Assembly: GCA_963665775.2 (NCBI GenBank)
Contig: CAXXTF010000002.1
Location: forward strand, 1,120,001 to 1,184,000
DNA length: 64,000 nucleotides
From: Dehalococcoidia bacterium
GTDB lineage: Bacteria > Chloroflexota > Dehalococcoidia > SM23-28-2 > RBG-16-64-32
Reading direction: 5' to 3'
The notes beneath the pieces were generated by a model that did not search any database, was not told where the DNA came from, and saw only the letters and a list, made by a program, of their open reading frames with translations. How positions within the stretch are numbered: position 1 is the stretch's first letter; every line of letters starts with the position of its first letter. The position numbers and the translations under genes are program-made. Of the stretch, positions 19,529 to 28,901 are shown one piece after another.

Positions 19529-19554
19529 GTCGCCCAGAGCCAGCTCTGGGCGAC
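19529..19554. terminator. GC-rich hairpin between convergent genes
   Basis: GTCGCCCAGAGC-CA-GCTCTGGGCGAC perfect inverted repeat; no clear U-tract. Confidence 0.55.
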
Positions 19555-19571
19555 CCCTCAAGAGCCCGGTA

Positions 19572-19808
19572 TTAGTCCGGTAACGTCACCAGGGAAGTCG
19601 TGCTCTGAATGCCGTCGATGCCGCGGATGCTTTCGCCGAGGATAGGCGGGATCTCTTGCAGAGTCGCCACTTCGATCTCCGCAACGATATCGTAGGGGCC
19701 CATCACCTCATGCATCTCTATAACAGCGGCGATTTTCCGTATCTCATCGACGACGTGCCTGGTCTTACCGGGGTCGGTAACCACCAGAACGTATGCCTTG
19801 ACCGCCAT
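19572..19808 (-). CDS. Stand-alone Lrp/AsnC ligand-binding (RAM) domain protein
   Basis: VKAYVLV...HEVMGPYDIVAEIE...IRGIDGIQSTTSLV. Confidence 0.85.
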   Translation of the reverse strand: MAVKAYVLVVTDPGKTRHVVDEIRKIAAVIEMHEVMGPYDIVAEIEVATLQEIPPILGESIRGIDGIQSTTSLVTLPD

Positions 19809-20052
19809 ACAGGCTCTCCTTAATGGGGCATTCCTGCCAGAAGCGAGAATCCGCGGTCATTATACAGCATGCGACACGTTCGGCCCTCGCATTTGGCAAA
19901 GAGAGGGCAAAAGGTGGTAAAATAAGCGAGGACTCTCCAAATTGACGCCTCTGTGCCTGGAGAGAGGACGAGTCAGCCTCTGTTCAGCGCGCGTCGACTG
20001 GAGTAGAATAAGGGACGGCGCCGCTGACCGGCGCATAGCAGGGAGCCTTGTC

Positions 20053-21780
20053 GTGCCTAAAGATGATTTCGTGATCCGGATAGGCGGCGACACTGCTATT
20101 GGCGGGGTGATCAGCACCGGCGAAAACTTCAGCGCTGCCGCATCTCACCAGGGCTTTCGGACATTCACTTTCCGCACCTATCCGGCGGAGATCAAGGGCG
20201 GCCACGCCTGGTTCCAGGTCAGGATCTCCAACCGGTCTGTCATCTCCATCGGCGACGGCTGTGACATCCTCATCGCCTTCGACCAAGAGGCGTATGAACT
20301 CCACCGGGACGATCTGAACCAGGGGGGCGTCCTCATCTACGATTCCGACCAGATCGAGATCGAGCATGGGAAGTTCATCGAGTACGGCATCCCCTTCCAG
20401 AAGATCGCCCGGGAGGAGCTGGAATTCGTTCGCGGCACCAACGTCCTCATCCTGGGGGTCATGGCCGGCCTGTTCGGCCTGGCACCGGCCGCCCTGGAGG
20501 AGCTGGTGCGCACCCGCTACAAGCGACGGGCGGAGCTGCTGGAGAAGAACCTGGAGACGCTGCACTACGGCTACGAATACACCAAGAAGATCCAGAAGAA
20601 GGACACGTTCTGGCTGGGCAGCGCCGACCAGGTGTCCCGCCTGGTGATGACCGGCAATGATGCCATCACGGCGGGCGCTCTCCACGCCGGCTGTCGCTAC
20701 TTTGCCGGCTATCCCATCACGCCCGCCTCGGACATCATGGAAACGATGGCCGCCCAGCTGCCGCACTTCGGGGGCGTCTGCCTGCAGGCCGAGGACGAGA
20801 TGGCGGCCCTGGCATCGGTCATCGGCGCTTCCTACGCCGGGACGAAGGCGATGACGGCCACCTCTGGGCCGGGCTTCTCGCTGATGACAGAGCTGCTGGG
20901 CCTGGCCTCCATGGCCGAGATCCCAATCGTCATCGTGAACGCCCAGCGGTCAGGCCCCAGCACGGGGATGCCCACCAAGCTGGAGCAGAGCGACCTGTTC
21001 CAGGCGCTATACGGAGGCCACGGCGACTTTCCGCGCATAGTGGTGGCGCCGGCATCGGTGCAGAACTGCTTCCGGGTCAGCGTCCTGGCCTTCAGCCTGG
21101 CCGAGAAGTACCAGTGCCCTGTGATCCTCCTCTCCGACCAGTCCCTCTCCCACCGGACGGAGACCATCGAGCGGGTGGACGCGGATGTCTTCCCAATCCT
21201 GGATCGCCTGCGGCCCGACGGCGTGAGCCCTGATGATTACCTGCGCTACCAGATCACGGACAACGGCGAATCGCCGATGGCGGTACCCGGCCTGGACCAC
21301 CACACCTACGTGGCCACCGGCCTGGAGCACGACGAGCGCGGCCACCCCCGCCTAACCCCTGAAACGCACGAAGCGATGACAGCCAAGCGGTTCGCCAAGC
21401 TGGAAGCGGCGCGACTGGATATCGACAACGAGGATCTGGCACCCCGCTATGGGCCAGAGAAGGCCGACCTGGGCATCATAGGCTGGGGAGCCACCCAGGG
21501 CTCCATCCGCGAGGGGGTGGATCGGGCGCTGGCGAAGGGCTACAAGGTGGCGGCTATGCACCCGCGCGTGCTCTGTCCGCTGCCGGAGGAGCGACTCAAG
21601 GAGTTCATCGGCTCCTGCAAGCAGATCCTGGTCCCGGAGGTCAACTATCAGGGCCAGTTCGCCCATCACCTGGCCGCCAGTCTGGGCGTTCGGCCCATCC
21701 GGCTCAACAAGATCGGTGGTCTCCCGTTCACACCCGCGGAGATCTTCAACAAGATCGAGGAGGTGCTCAATCATGCCTGA
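20053..21780 (+). CDS. korA: 2-oxoacid:ferredoxin oxidoreductase alpha (gamma-alpha fusion)
   Basis: YPAEIKGG, AGYPITP, QAEDE, TATSGPGFSLM, QRSGPSTGMPT. Start reassigned to GTG 20053. Confidence 0.9.
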   Translation: MPKDDFVIRIGGDTAIGGVISTGENFSAAASHQGFRTFTFRTYPAEIKGGHAWFQVRISNRSVISIGDGCDILIAFDQEAYELHRDDLNQGGVLIYDSDQIEIEHGKFIEYGIPFQKIAREELEFVRGTNVLILGVMAGLFGLAPAALEELVRTRYKRRAELLEKNLETLHYGYEYTKKIQKKDTFWLGSADQVSRLVMTGNDAITAGALHAGCRYFAGYPITPASDIMETMAAQLPHFGGVCLQAEDEMAALASVIGASYAGTKAMTATSGPGFSLMTELLGLASMAEIPIVIVNAQRSGPSTGMPTKLEQSDLFQALYGGHGDFPRIVVAPASVQNCFRVSVLAFSLAEKYQCPVILLSDQSLSHRTETIERVDADVFPILDRLRPDGVSPDDYLRYQITDNGESPMAVPGLDHHTYVATGLEHDERGHPRLTPETHEAMTAKRFAKLEAARLDIDNEDLAPRYGPEKADLGIIGWGATQGSIREGVDRALAKGYKVAAMHPRVLCPLPEERLKEFIGSCKQILVPEVNYQGQFAHHLAASLGVRPIRLNKIGGLPFTPAEIFNKIEEVLNHA

Positions 21781-22642
21781 TGGCACACAGGTTGCCGAGG
21801 TACCAGAGGCGGAAGTCCTAACCGTAAAGGACTACAAGAGCGAGGTCAAGCCCATCTGGTGCCCCGGCTGCGGCGACTTCGGCGTTCTGAGCGCCACCTA
21901 TAAGGCCCTGGCCACCCTCCAGCTCCAGCGACACGACGTCGTGGTCGTCGCCGGCATCGGCTGCTCCAGCCGGACGCCGTACTTCATGAGCACGTTCGGG
22001 CTCCACGGCGTGCACGGGCGCTCCCTACCCATCGCCACGGGGATTAAGCTGGCGAACCCGGATCTGACGGTCCTGGTGATGGGGGGCGACGGCGACCTGC
22101 TGGCCATCGGCGCCGGCCACTTCCCCCACGCCGCGGCCCGCAACATCGACCTGACCTGCATCATGATGGATAACCAGACGTATGGCCTGACCAAGGCTCA
22201 GGCCTCCCCTACGTCCTTCCTGGGACATACGAGCAAGACAACGCCCTACGGCGTCATCTCCAAACCGATGAACCCCATGCTCTTCGCCCTAACCAACGGT
22301 GCCACCTTCGTGGCGCGGGGCTACTCCGCGAAGCCCAAGGACCTTACCGAGATGATCGTGCAGGGAATGGAACACAAGGGGTTCTCTTTCATACACGTGC
22401 GAAGCCCCTGCTCCGAGTTCTTGAACACCTACGACTACTACGATGAGCGGGTCGTGGAGATGCCCTCCGATTGGAACAACGGCGACCTCCAGGCAGCGAT
22501 CGACTTGACGCTCACTGAGGAGAAGGACCACCTTGGCCTCTTCTACAAGGAGGAGCGCCCCATCTATGAGCGGTCGGCCCGGGAGTTCGAGCCGGAGCAG
22601 CAGCAGTTCGATCTGGAGACGTATCTCAAGCGGTTCGCTTGA
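21773..22642 (+). CDS. korB: 2-oxoacid:ferredoxin oxidoreductase beta
   Basis: WCPGCGDFG, GIGCS, HGVHGR, GGDGD, YGLTKAQASPT. Confidence 0.92.
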   Translation: MPDGTQVAEVPEAEVLTVKDYKSEVKPIWCPGCGDFGVLSATYKALATLQLQRHDVVVVAGIGCSSRTPYFMSTFGLHGVHGRSLPIATGIKLANPDLTVLVMGGDGDLLAIGAGHFPHAAARNIDLTCIMMDNQTYGLTKAQASPTSFLGHTSKTTPYGVISKPMNPMLFALTNGATFVARGYSAKPKDLTEMIVQGMEHKGFSFIHVRSPCSEFLNTYDYYDERVVEMPSDWNNGDLQAAIDLTLTEEKDHLGLFYKEERPIYERSAREFEPEQQQFDLETYLKRFA

Positions 22643-22825
22643 TCCGCATTTGAATAGGACCAGAAAGAAGACCCTTCGCCACAGCTCTCAGCGACGGCCC
22701 CGGGATCGTGCCCTGACCGAGCGTTCCCTCGAGCCTCTCCCGGACTGTCACCCTGAGCGGAGCGGAGAGCCCCATTCGAGGCGCAAACCACCACAACCAA
22801 GCGCCTGTAGAGAGGGAGACCTGAC

Positions 22826-24751
22826 TTGGGCAAGAGCCTGACCCGAAAGATCATCGAAGAGCACCTGGTATCAGGCAAGATCGAGCCCGGCGAGGAGATC
22901 GCGCTCAAGATAGACCAGACCCTCACTCAGGATGCCACCGGGACCATGGCCTATCTTCAGTTCGAGGCGATGGAGATCCCGAGGGTGCGCACCAAGCTGT
23001 CCGTCTCTTACGTGGATCACAACATGCTGCAGACCGGCTTCGAGAACGCCGACGACCACCGCTTCCTGCAAACGATAGCCGCCAAGTACGGCCTGTACTT
23101 CTCACGGCCCGGGAACGGGATCTGCCACCAGGTGCACCTGGAGCGGTTCAGCTCACCCGGCGATATCCTCCTGGGCTCCGACAGCCATACACCGACATCC
23201 GGTGGTGCCGGGATGCTGGCCATAGGCGCCGGGGGGCTGGACGTGGCGGTGGCCATGGCCGGTGGCCCCTACTACCTGACGATGCCCAGGATCGTCGGCG
23301 TGCATCTGAGAGGCCGGCTGCAACCCTGGGTGGCGGCCAAGGACATCATCTTCGAGCTGCTGCGCCGTCTCAACGTCAAGGGCGGCGTGGGCAAGATCTT
23401 CGAGTATTTCGGGGAAGGCGTAGCCTCCCTCAGCACGCCGGAGCGCGGCACTATCACTAACATGGGCGCCGAGCTGGGGGCCACGACGTCGATCTTTCCC
23501 TCCGACGAGCGCACTGCCGAGTACCTCCGAGCCCAGCAGCGTGAGAGCCAGTGGAGGCCGCTGGCGGCGGACGCCGACGCCGACTACGACGAGGTCATCG
23601 AAATCGACCTCGACAAGCTGGGGCCCATGGTGGCCCGACCGCAGAGCCCGGACAACGTGGTGCCTATCGAGGAGGTGGAGGGGACGAAGCTGGCCCAGGT
23701 CTGCGTCGGCTCCTGCACCAACTCCTCCTACTACGACCTGTCGGTGGCGGCGGCTATCCTTAAGGGCCAGAAAGTAAACCCTGGCCTCAGCCTGACGGTT
23801 ACCCCCGGCTCCCGTCAGGTGTTCACCATGATCGCCCGCGGCGGCGCCCTCACAGACCTTATCGAGGCTGGAGCGCGCATCCTGGAATCGGCCTGCGGCC
23901 CCTGCATCGGCATGGGGCAGGCACCGCCCTCGGATGGCGCTTCTCTGCGCACCTTCAATCGCAACTTCCCGGGCCGATCGGGCACGGCCAACGACCAAGT
24001 CTACCTGGCCTCGCCGGAGGTGGCCGCCGTCTCCTCACTGCAGGGACAGATCACCGACCCGCGCAAGTGGGGAGAGCCACCCTCGGTGCCGCAGCCCACG
24101 GAGTTCACCATCGATGACGACCTCATCCTGCCGCCGGCCGCGGATGGCGAATCGGTGGAGGTGCACAGGGGACCCAACATCAAACCGCTACCCATTGCCC
24201 ACCCTCTGGACGAGACGATTCGGGCGCCGGTCATCATCAAGCTGGGCGACAACGTCAGCACGGATCACATTTTGCCTGCCGGCTCCAAGATCCTGCCGTT
24301 GCGCTCCAACATTCCGGCGATCTCCGAGTTCGTTTTCCACTACGTTGATCCGGAGTTTCCCCAGAAAGCGAAGGCGGCGGGAACCAGCATCATCGTGGGC
24401 GGAGCGAACTACGGGCAGGGCTCCAGCCGAGAGCATGCCGCCATCGCCCCCATGTACCTAGGGGTGAAGGCGGTGTTGGCCAAGAACTACGCCCGCATGC
24501 ACCACACCAATCTGGTCAATTTCGGCATTGTCCCCCTGCTCTTCGCCCGCGAGGAGGACTACGAGCGCATCAACGTAGGGGATCAACTGGAGTTCCCCGG
24601 CATAGGCAGCACCATCGGCAGTGGAGAAATTGCTGTGCGCAACGTCAGCCAGGGGTTCGAGATAAAGGCCCGTCATAACCTCAGCGAGCGGCAGGTGGAT
24701 ATCCTGTTGAAGGGCGGGCTGCTGAGCCACGTCAAGGCCCAAGCGGGCTAG
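22826..24751 (+). CDS. Aconitate hydratase (short bacterial/archaeal type)
   Basis: QDATGT, GSDSHT, GSCTNSS, CGPCIG, NRNFPGR, STDHI, NYGQGSSREHA. Confidence 0.92.
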   Translation: MGKSLTRKIIEEHLVSGKIEPGEEIALKIDQTLTQDATGTMAYLQFEAMEIPRVRTKLSVSYVDHNMLQTGFENADDHRFLQTIAAKYGLYFSRPGNGICHQVHLERFSSPGDILLGSDSHTPTSGGAGMLAIGAGGLDVAVAMAGGPYYLTMPRIVGVHLRGRLQPWVAAKDIIFELLRRLNVKGGVGKIFEYFGEGVASLSTPERGTITNMGAELGATTSIFPSDERTAEYLRAQQRESQWRPLAADADADYDEVIEIDLDKLGPMVARPQSPDNVVPIEEVEGTKLAQVCVGSCTNSSYYDLSVAAAILKGQKVNPGLSLTVTPGSRQVFTMIARGGALTDLIEAGARILESACGPCIGMGQAPPSDGASLRTFNRNFPGRSGTANDQVYLASPEVAAVSSLQGQITDPRKWGEPPSVPQPTEFTIDDDLILPPAADGESVEVHRGPNIKPLPIAHPLDETIRAPVIIKLGDNVSTDHILPAGSKILPLRSNIPAISEFVFHYVDPEFPQKAKAAGTSIIVGGANYGQGSSREHAAIAPMYLGVKAVLAKNYARMHHTNLVNFGIVPLLFAREEDYERINVGDQLEFPGIGSTIGSGEIAVRNVSQGFEIKARHNLSERQVDILLKGGLLSHVKAQAG

Positions 24752-24877
24752 TGCGCTAAGCGCAACTCCGGACCTAATCGCCGGACATCACCATGGCCGG
24801 CAGTCACGCCCCGGCGAGGGCACCACGTCCCCACAGCCCCATCTGGTCGGAGAAGGTGCCGGTCGCGATGTTCCTGG

Positions 24878-26029
24878 CTACTGACCCCGCGTCAGGGCCA
24901 GAAACTGCTCGGCCATATACGACACTGTCCTCAGTACCGAGCCGTGGCTGTCCAAGACGCTCAGCCGTTCCCACCAGGGCCTGACCTGCGACGCTATCTC
25001 CTGCCAGCTAGGCGTCTCCCTGACCGGATCGGTTCTGAACTCGCTGCCGGCCTCCGTGATCAGATTCGGCGTCGGAGATGGCGACGGCGTAGGCATCTGC
25101 GAAGGTGCTGGGGACGGAGATGGAGACGGCGGTGGCGGTGTGGGCGATGGCCTCGGTGTGGGGGACGGCGCTGACGTCGTCGGCACCGGTGTGGGCGATG
25201 GTGTCGCCGTCGGCACCGGCGTGGGCGATGGTGTCGCCATCGGCTTCGGCGTGGGCGATGGTGTCGCCGTCGGCACCGGCGTGGGCGATGGTGTCGCCGT
25301 CGGCACCGGCGTGGGCGATGGTGTCGCCGTCGGCACCGGCGTGGGCGATGGTGTCGCCGTCGGCACCGGTGTGGGCGATGGTGTCGCCGTCGGCGCCGGT
25401 GTGGGTGATGGTGTCGCCGTCGGCACCGGCGTGGGCGATGGTGTCGCCGTCGGCACCGGTGTGGGTGAGGCCGTCGGCACCGGAGATGGTGACGGCGTTG
25501 TTGCCGGGGGCAGCGGCTCGCTCTGCCCCCCGAACTCGGTCGCCCAGTACCAACCGTACTTCGTCTCCGGCCCATAGGCCCGAGCGATGCCAATCACCTT
25601 AAAGTTCGGGTTCAACAGGTTGGCGTTGTGCCCAGGCGAGTTCCTCCACAGCTCGAAGGCCGCCTGCGCGTCCGCCACCCCCGCCGCCAGGTTCTCTCCC
25701 CTCCACGTGTTGTACGTGTAGCCGAAATCGTCCATCCTCTGGAAGGGATCCCGCCCCAGCGAGTCCGTATGGCCAAAGTAGTCGTTGGCTACCATGTCCT
25801 GGCTCATCCAACGGGCGATATCGTTCAGCCGGCTATTCACTGAGAGTGGCGCCAGGCCATCCGCCGCGCGGTAATCGTTAATGATCCGCAGGAACGCCTG
25901 CTCCTCGGCGTCCAGCGCTACTGCTGAACCGGACAGCGTGACCGCCGATAGCCCGATTACGGCCACCACCAGCACGGCCAGAAGGGATGCGCGAGAGAGC
26001 GCCCGCCCAATGCTGCCCCTGAAACCCAT
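24878..26029 (-). CDS. Secreted CAP/SCP-domain protein with long Pro/Thr linker
   Basis: Signal peptide; [25 protein letters not shown]; [10 protein letters not shown] repeats. Confidence 0.88.
   Translation of the reverse strand: MGFRGSIGRALSRASLLAVLVVAVIGLSAVTLSGSAVALDAEEQAFLRIINDYRAADGLAPLSVNSRLNDIARWMSQDMVANDYFGHTDSLGRDPFQRMDDFGYTYNTWRGENLAAGVADAQAAFELWRNSPGHNANLLNPNFKVIGIARAYGPETKYGWYWATEFGGQSEPLPPATTPSPSPVPTASPTPVPTATPSPTPVPTATPSPTPAPTATPSPTPVPTATPSPTPVPTATPSPTPVPTATPSPTPVPTATPSPTPKPMATPSPTPVPTATPSPTPVPTTSAPSPTPRPSPTPPPPSPSPSPAPSQMPTPSPSPTPNLITEAGSEFRTDPVRETPSWQEIASQVRPWWERLSVLDSHGSVLRTVSYMAEQFLALTRGQ
25191..25460. repeat. 30-bp coding tandem repeat, 9 full units
   Basis: Unit GTGGGCGATGGTGTCGCCGTCGGCACCGGC with few variants; no spacers. 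Confidence 0.95.
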
Positions 26030-26166
26030 GTGCTATACTCCGAAACGGACCTAACCCTAGCTGGGCGCGGTTCGTCTTGGACGGGGACCTTGGTTTCCAG
26101 GCCGACATCCCCCGTCCTTTACTGTTTCTAGATAGTGAGACGGCCCGCGCGGGCCGCTGTTACGGA

Positions 26167-26883
26167 ATGAATACCCTGATCAAAGGTGCGAAACGGTTAA
26201 GATTCGATCTGGCCCCTCGGCAGGTCGAAGCCTTCCGCATCTACCAGAAGGAGCTCATCGCCCAGCGTAGCCGGGCCGGCCTCACCTCCCTCACCGATAG
26301 CGGGGCCATCCAGCACCGCCACTTCCTGGAGTCGCTAGCCCTCCTGCGCGCCCTAGAGGATGCCGGCGTTTTCGCCTCCACCGCCATCGATATCGGCGCC
26401 GGGGCCGGTTTCCCCGGCCTCCCCATGAGAATCGTGCGCCCCGACCTAACCCTTACGCTGGTCGAAGCCACCGGCAAAAAGGCCGCCTTCCTGGAGCGTC
26501 TGATCGAGCGGCTGGGACTGACTGGCGTCACCGTAGCCAAGGCCCGAGCCGAGGAGCTGGCACACGACGGGGCGCACCGTGCCGCCTACGAGTTGGCCCT
26601 GGCCCGCGCCGTGGCCCCTCTTCCCACCCTGGTGGAGCTGGCCCTGCCGTTCCTCCGCCTGGGCGGCTATCTGGCCACCCCGAAGGGGAGCGCCACCCCC
26701 CGCGAGGTGCCGGACGCTGCCGTCGCTCTCCAGACCTGCGGCGGCCAGGTGGAACTCCTGCGGGCTCTGGATGTCGAGGGGCCTGAACCTGCGCCTACCA
26801 TGGTCCTGGTTCGGAAGATCGCGGATACACCGGATCGCTACCCGCGGCGACCGGGCATGCCGGCCAAGCGACCCCTGCGCTAG
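26167..26883 (+). CDS. rsmG: 16S rRNA m7G527 methyltransferase
   Basis: RHFLESL, DIGAGAGFPGLP, EATGKKAAFL, ARAVA, YPRRPGMP. Confidence 0.92.
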   Translation: MNTLIKGAKRLRFDLAPRQVEAFRIYQKELIAQRSRAGLTSLTDSGAIQHRHFLESLALLRALEDAGVFASTAIDIGAGAGFPGLPMRIVRPDLTLTLVEATGKKAAFLERLIERLGLTGVTVAKARAEELAHDGAHRAAYELALARAVAPLPTLVELALPFLRLGGYLATPKGSATPREVPDAAVALQTCGGQVELLRALDVEGPEPAPTMVLVRKIADTPDRYPRRPGMPAKRPLR

Positions 26884-26964
26884 TGGCGGAGTGCTTGCGC
26901 CAACCGACCGGACAAGATGTAGAATAGTTCCAGCCCTCGGCGGACAGCCGCAAGGGAGAAAGTT

Positions 26965-27585
26965 ATGAAATTACAGGGAACAAATCTCCAGACGGTGGGC
27001 AGCTGGCTCGGGCGGCTCCTGAGCCTCGACTTCAGCGTCCTCGACGAGATACGCGCCGAGCCGGCCGCCACCAGGGCCGCTGTTGGTATCGTTCTGACCG
27101 CCAGCGCTCTGGCCGGCCTCGGCTCCTGGCTCTGGGCCGTACAGAGCACTAAGCTGGACGGTGTCGACACGGCCGAAGTGTTCCTCAAGTCACTGCTTCT
27201 GGGCAGCATAATACAGACGATGGTCTGGCTTCTCTGGGTCTACCTCACGTACCAGATCCTTGCGCGAGCCTACGGCGTCCCCACCAACTTCTCGGAACTC
27301 ACTCGCATCATGGGCTTCGCGTTCGCCCCTGTGGGCCTCAGCTTGCTCGTCGCCGTCAAGGGGCTCGCCATCCCCTTTGGTGTCATCGCCTTCGCTATGG
27401 CCGTCCTCATCACCAACATCGCCGTCCAACAGACCACGAACTCTGGCGCCCGGGAGACGACGATCGCCAATCTCTCCGGCTTCGCTGTCTTCGCCATCGT
27501 CATGGGCGCTTTCGCCAACATCGCCGAGGTCGAGGCTTTCGGCGGTCTCGCTCCCGGCATCTTCTTCTTCTCACTCGATCTCTGA
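26965..27585 (+). CDS. Yip1-like membrane protein
   Basis: Five to six TM helices; TRIMGFAFAP pattern. Confidence 0.6.
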   Translation: MKLQGTNLQTVGSWLGRLLSLDFSVLDEIRAEPAATRAAVGIVLTASALAGLGSWLWAVQSTKLDGVDTAEVFLKSLLLGSIIQTMVWLLWVYLTYQILARAYGVPTNFSELTRIMGFAFAPVGLSLLVAVKGLAIPFGVIAFAMAVLITNIAVQQTTNSGARETTIANLSGFAVFAIVMGAFANIAEVEAFGGLAPGIFFFSLDL

Positions 27586-27657
27586 TCCCGCTGTCCAGCC
27601 CGAAACGGGCGCCTCCCTTGCCTGCGAACCGCCGTTCTGCTACGATGCTTTCGGCTA

Positions 27658-27733
27658 GGGGCTGTAGCTCAGCTGGGAGAGCGCCTCAATGGCATTGAGG
27701 AGGTCAGGGGTTCGAGCCCCCTCAGCTCCACCA
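27658..27733 (+). tRNA. tRNA-Ala(GGC)
   Basis: GGGGCTG acceptor stem, anticodon arm CCTCA-ATGGCAT-TGAGG, GGTTCGAGCC, 3' CCA; 76 nt. Confidence 0.97.
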
Positions 27734-27778
27734 ACTCCGTTTCTAACGACACAATGGCTACCGAAGGGAATGGCACAG

Positions 27779-27807
27779 GGCCCTCCGTCCCTGGACGCGG
27801 GGCCTTT
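27779..27807 (+). terminator. Hairpin downstream of tRNA-Ala
   Basis: GGCCCTCCGTCC-CT-GGACGCGGGGCC followed by TTT. Confidence 0.45.
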
Positions 27808-27855
27808 AGGTTATCATAGACATTGGCTAACAGCTTCTTTCGGGGGTAAATCAAG

Positions 27856-28209
27856 ATGCCAGAAGGACAATCGCATAAGAGAGCCAAATCAGAGGCCGCG
27901 GGCAAGAGCGGCCGCACCGAGGTCAAGATCAGCGGCGGACAACGATTGGATGCCATGACCAAGAATCGAGCTGTAGAGGTGGAGACCAGCGGTGCTTCAG
28001 CCAGATTAACGCAAGCCGCCCGAAGGCTACAAGCAAGCGGAAAATTTCAACGCGTTCTAGTGGTTCCACAGAGAGATTTCCCTAAGGCCCGTCAAGCCAT
28101 GCGGGGGGCCAAGGTTTCCGGTACGGTTAGAAACCTCACAGGGACAAGATCGAGTCATGTCCGTCCGTCCAAGGGACCCACAAGGACCTCGTCGTCTCGC
28201 AAGAAATGA
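27856..28209 (+). CDS. Small basic protein, minimal PD-(D/E)XK-like fold
   Basis: H...E-V-K-I-S-G-G-Q-R-L-D-A...A-V-E-V-E pattern; overlaps the next gene by ATGA. Confidence 0.55.
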   Translation: MPEGQSHKRAKSEAAGKSGRTEVKISGGQRLDAMTKNRAVEVETSGASARLTQAARRLQASGKFQRVLVVPQRDFPKARQAMRGAKVSGTVRNLTGTRSSHVRPSKGPTRTSSSRKK

Positions 28210-28790
28210 TGCCGACGCTGGAGGAATTCGTCAAGGAAGAAATCCAGGAGCACGGATTGCGCCTCTACTTCGACACTAGCGTAATCCTGGATCTCTTAAG
28301 GCCAAATCGGCGACCACAGTCCCAAGAACTCCTTGATCTCACGATGGCAAATGATTCGGAGTGTACGAGTTCTTATTTCGCGTTGATGGAGGCCCTCGAT
28401 ATCGAGCAAGAGAATATGTGGTTCCGAAACAAGATACGTGCGGGGGAGGATGTAGCTAGTCTTCTCCGTCGCCGCCAGAAGCGGGACCCCCTCAGCCCTC
28501 AAGCGTCAGGAAGATTGTTTAACCAGATGTATGGAAGGTTTGTTAAAGAAAAACAGGACTTCATCTCTTGGGTCATCCTTGATGAAGAGGCATGGGATGA
28601 AGCCCTCAGGCTGGCAATGACGAGCAACATCAGGGCTCCTGATTGTATCCATGTCGCGGCGGCAGTCACTATGAATTGCAACATGATGATCACCTCGGAC
28701 GAAATACTGCGAGACCTAGCAAATCAGCATGTCCATACCGCCAACCCGATCCAGATGACCGCGCTGCTAAATCGGATATCTGGTAGCTAG
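28206..28790 (+). CDS. PIN-domain (VapC-like) ribonuclease
   Basis: LYFDTSVILD, ALME, IRAPDCIHVAAA, MITSD acidic tetrad. Confidence 0.85.
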   Translation: MMPTLEEFVKEEIQEHGLRLYFDTSVILDLLRPNRRPQSQELLDLTMANDSECTSSYFALMEALDIEQENMWFRNKIRAGEDVASLLRRRQKRDPLSPQASGRLFNQMYGRFVKEKQDFISWVILDEEAWDEALRLAMTSNIRAPDCIHVAAAVTMNCNMMITSDEILRDLANQHVHTANPIQMTALLNRISGS

Positions 28791-28901
28791 CTAGTCCGGA
28801 GGCGAGGAGCGCCGCTACATCGAGGGCAGTACTGGCCTCATCCCGGATATAATCTAAGCCAGGCAAGCCAGTGACCAGTTAGGCCCGACCCGGAGTACGA
28901 C

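Noticed and set aside
22670-22770. Possible ncRNA between korB and aconitase
   Set aside because: Looks like a degenerate copy of the common TGTCAYCCTGAGCG palindromic repeat; no convincing structure.
25191-25460. 30-bp repeats as a CRISPR array
   Set aside because: Head-to-tail units with no spacers, in frame as a [10 protein letters not shown] linker; no cas genes.
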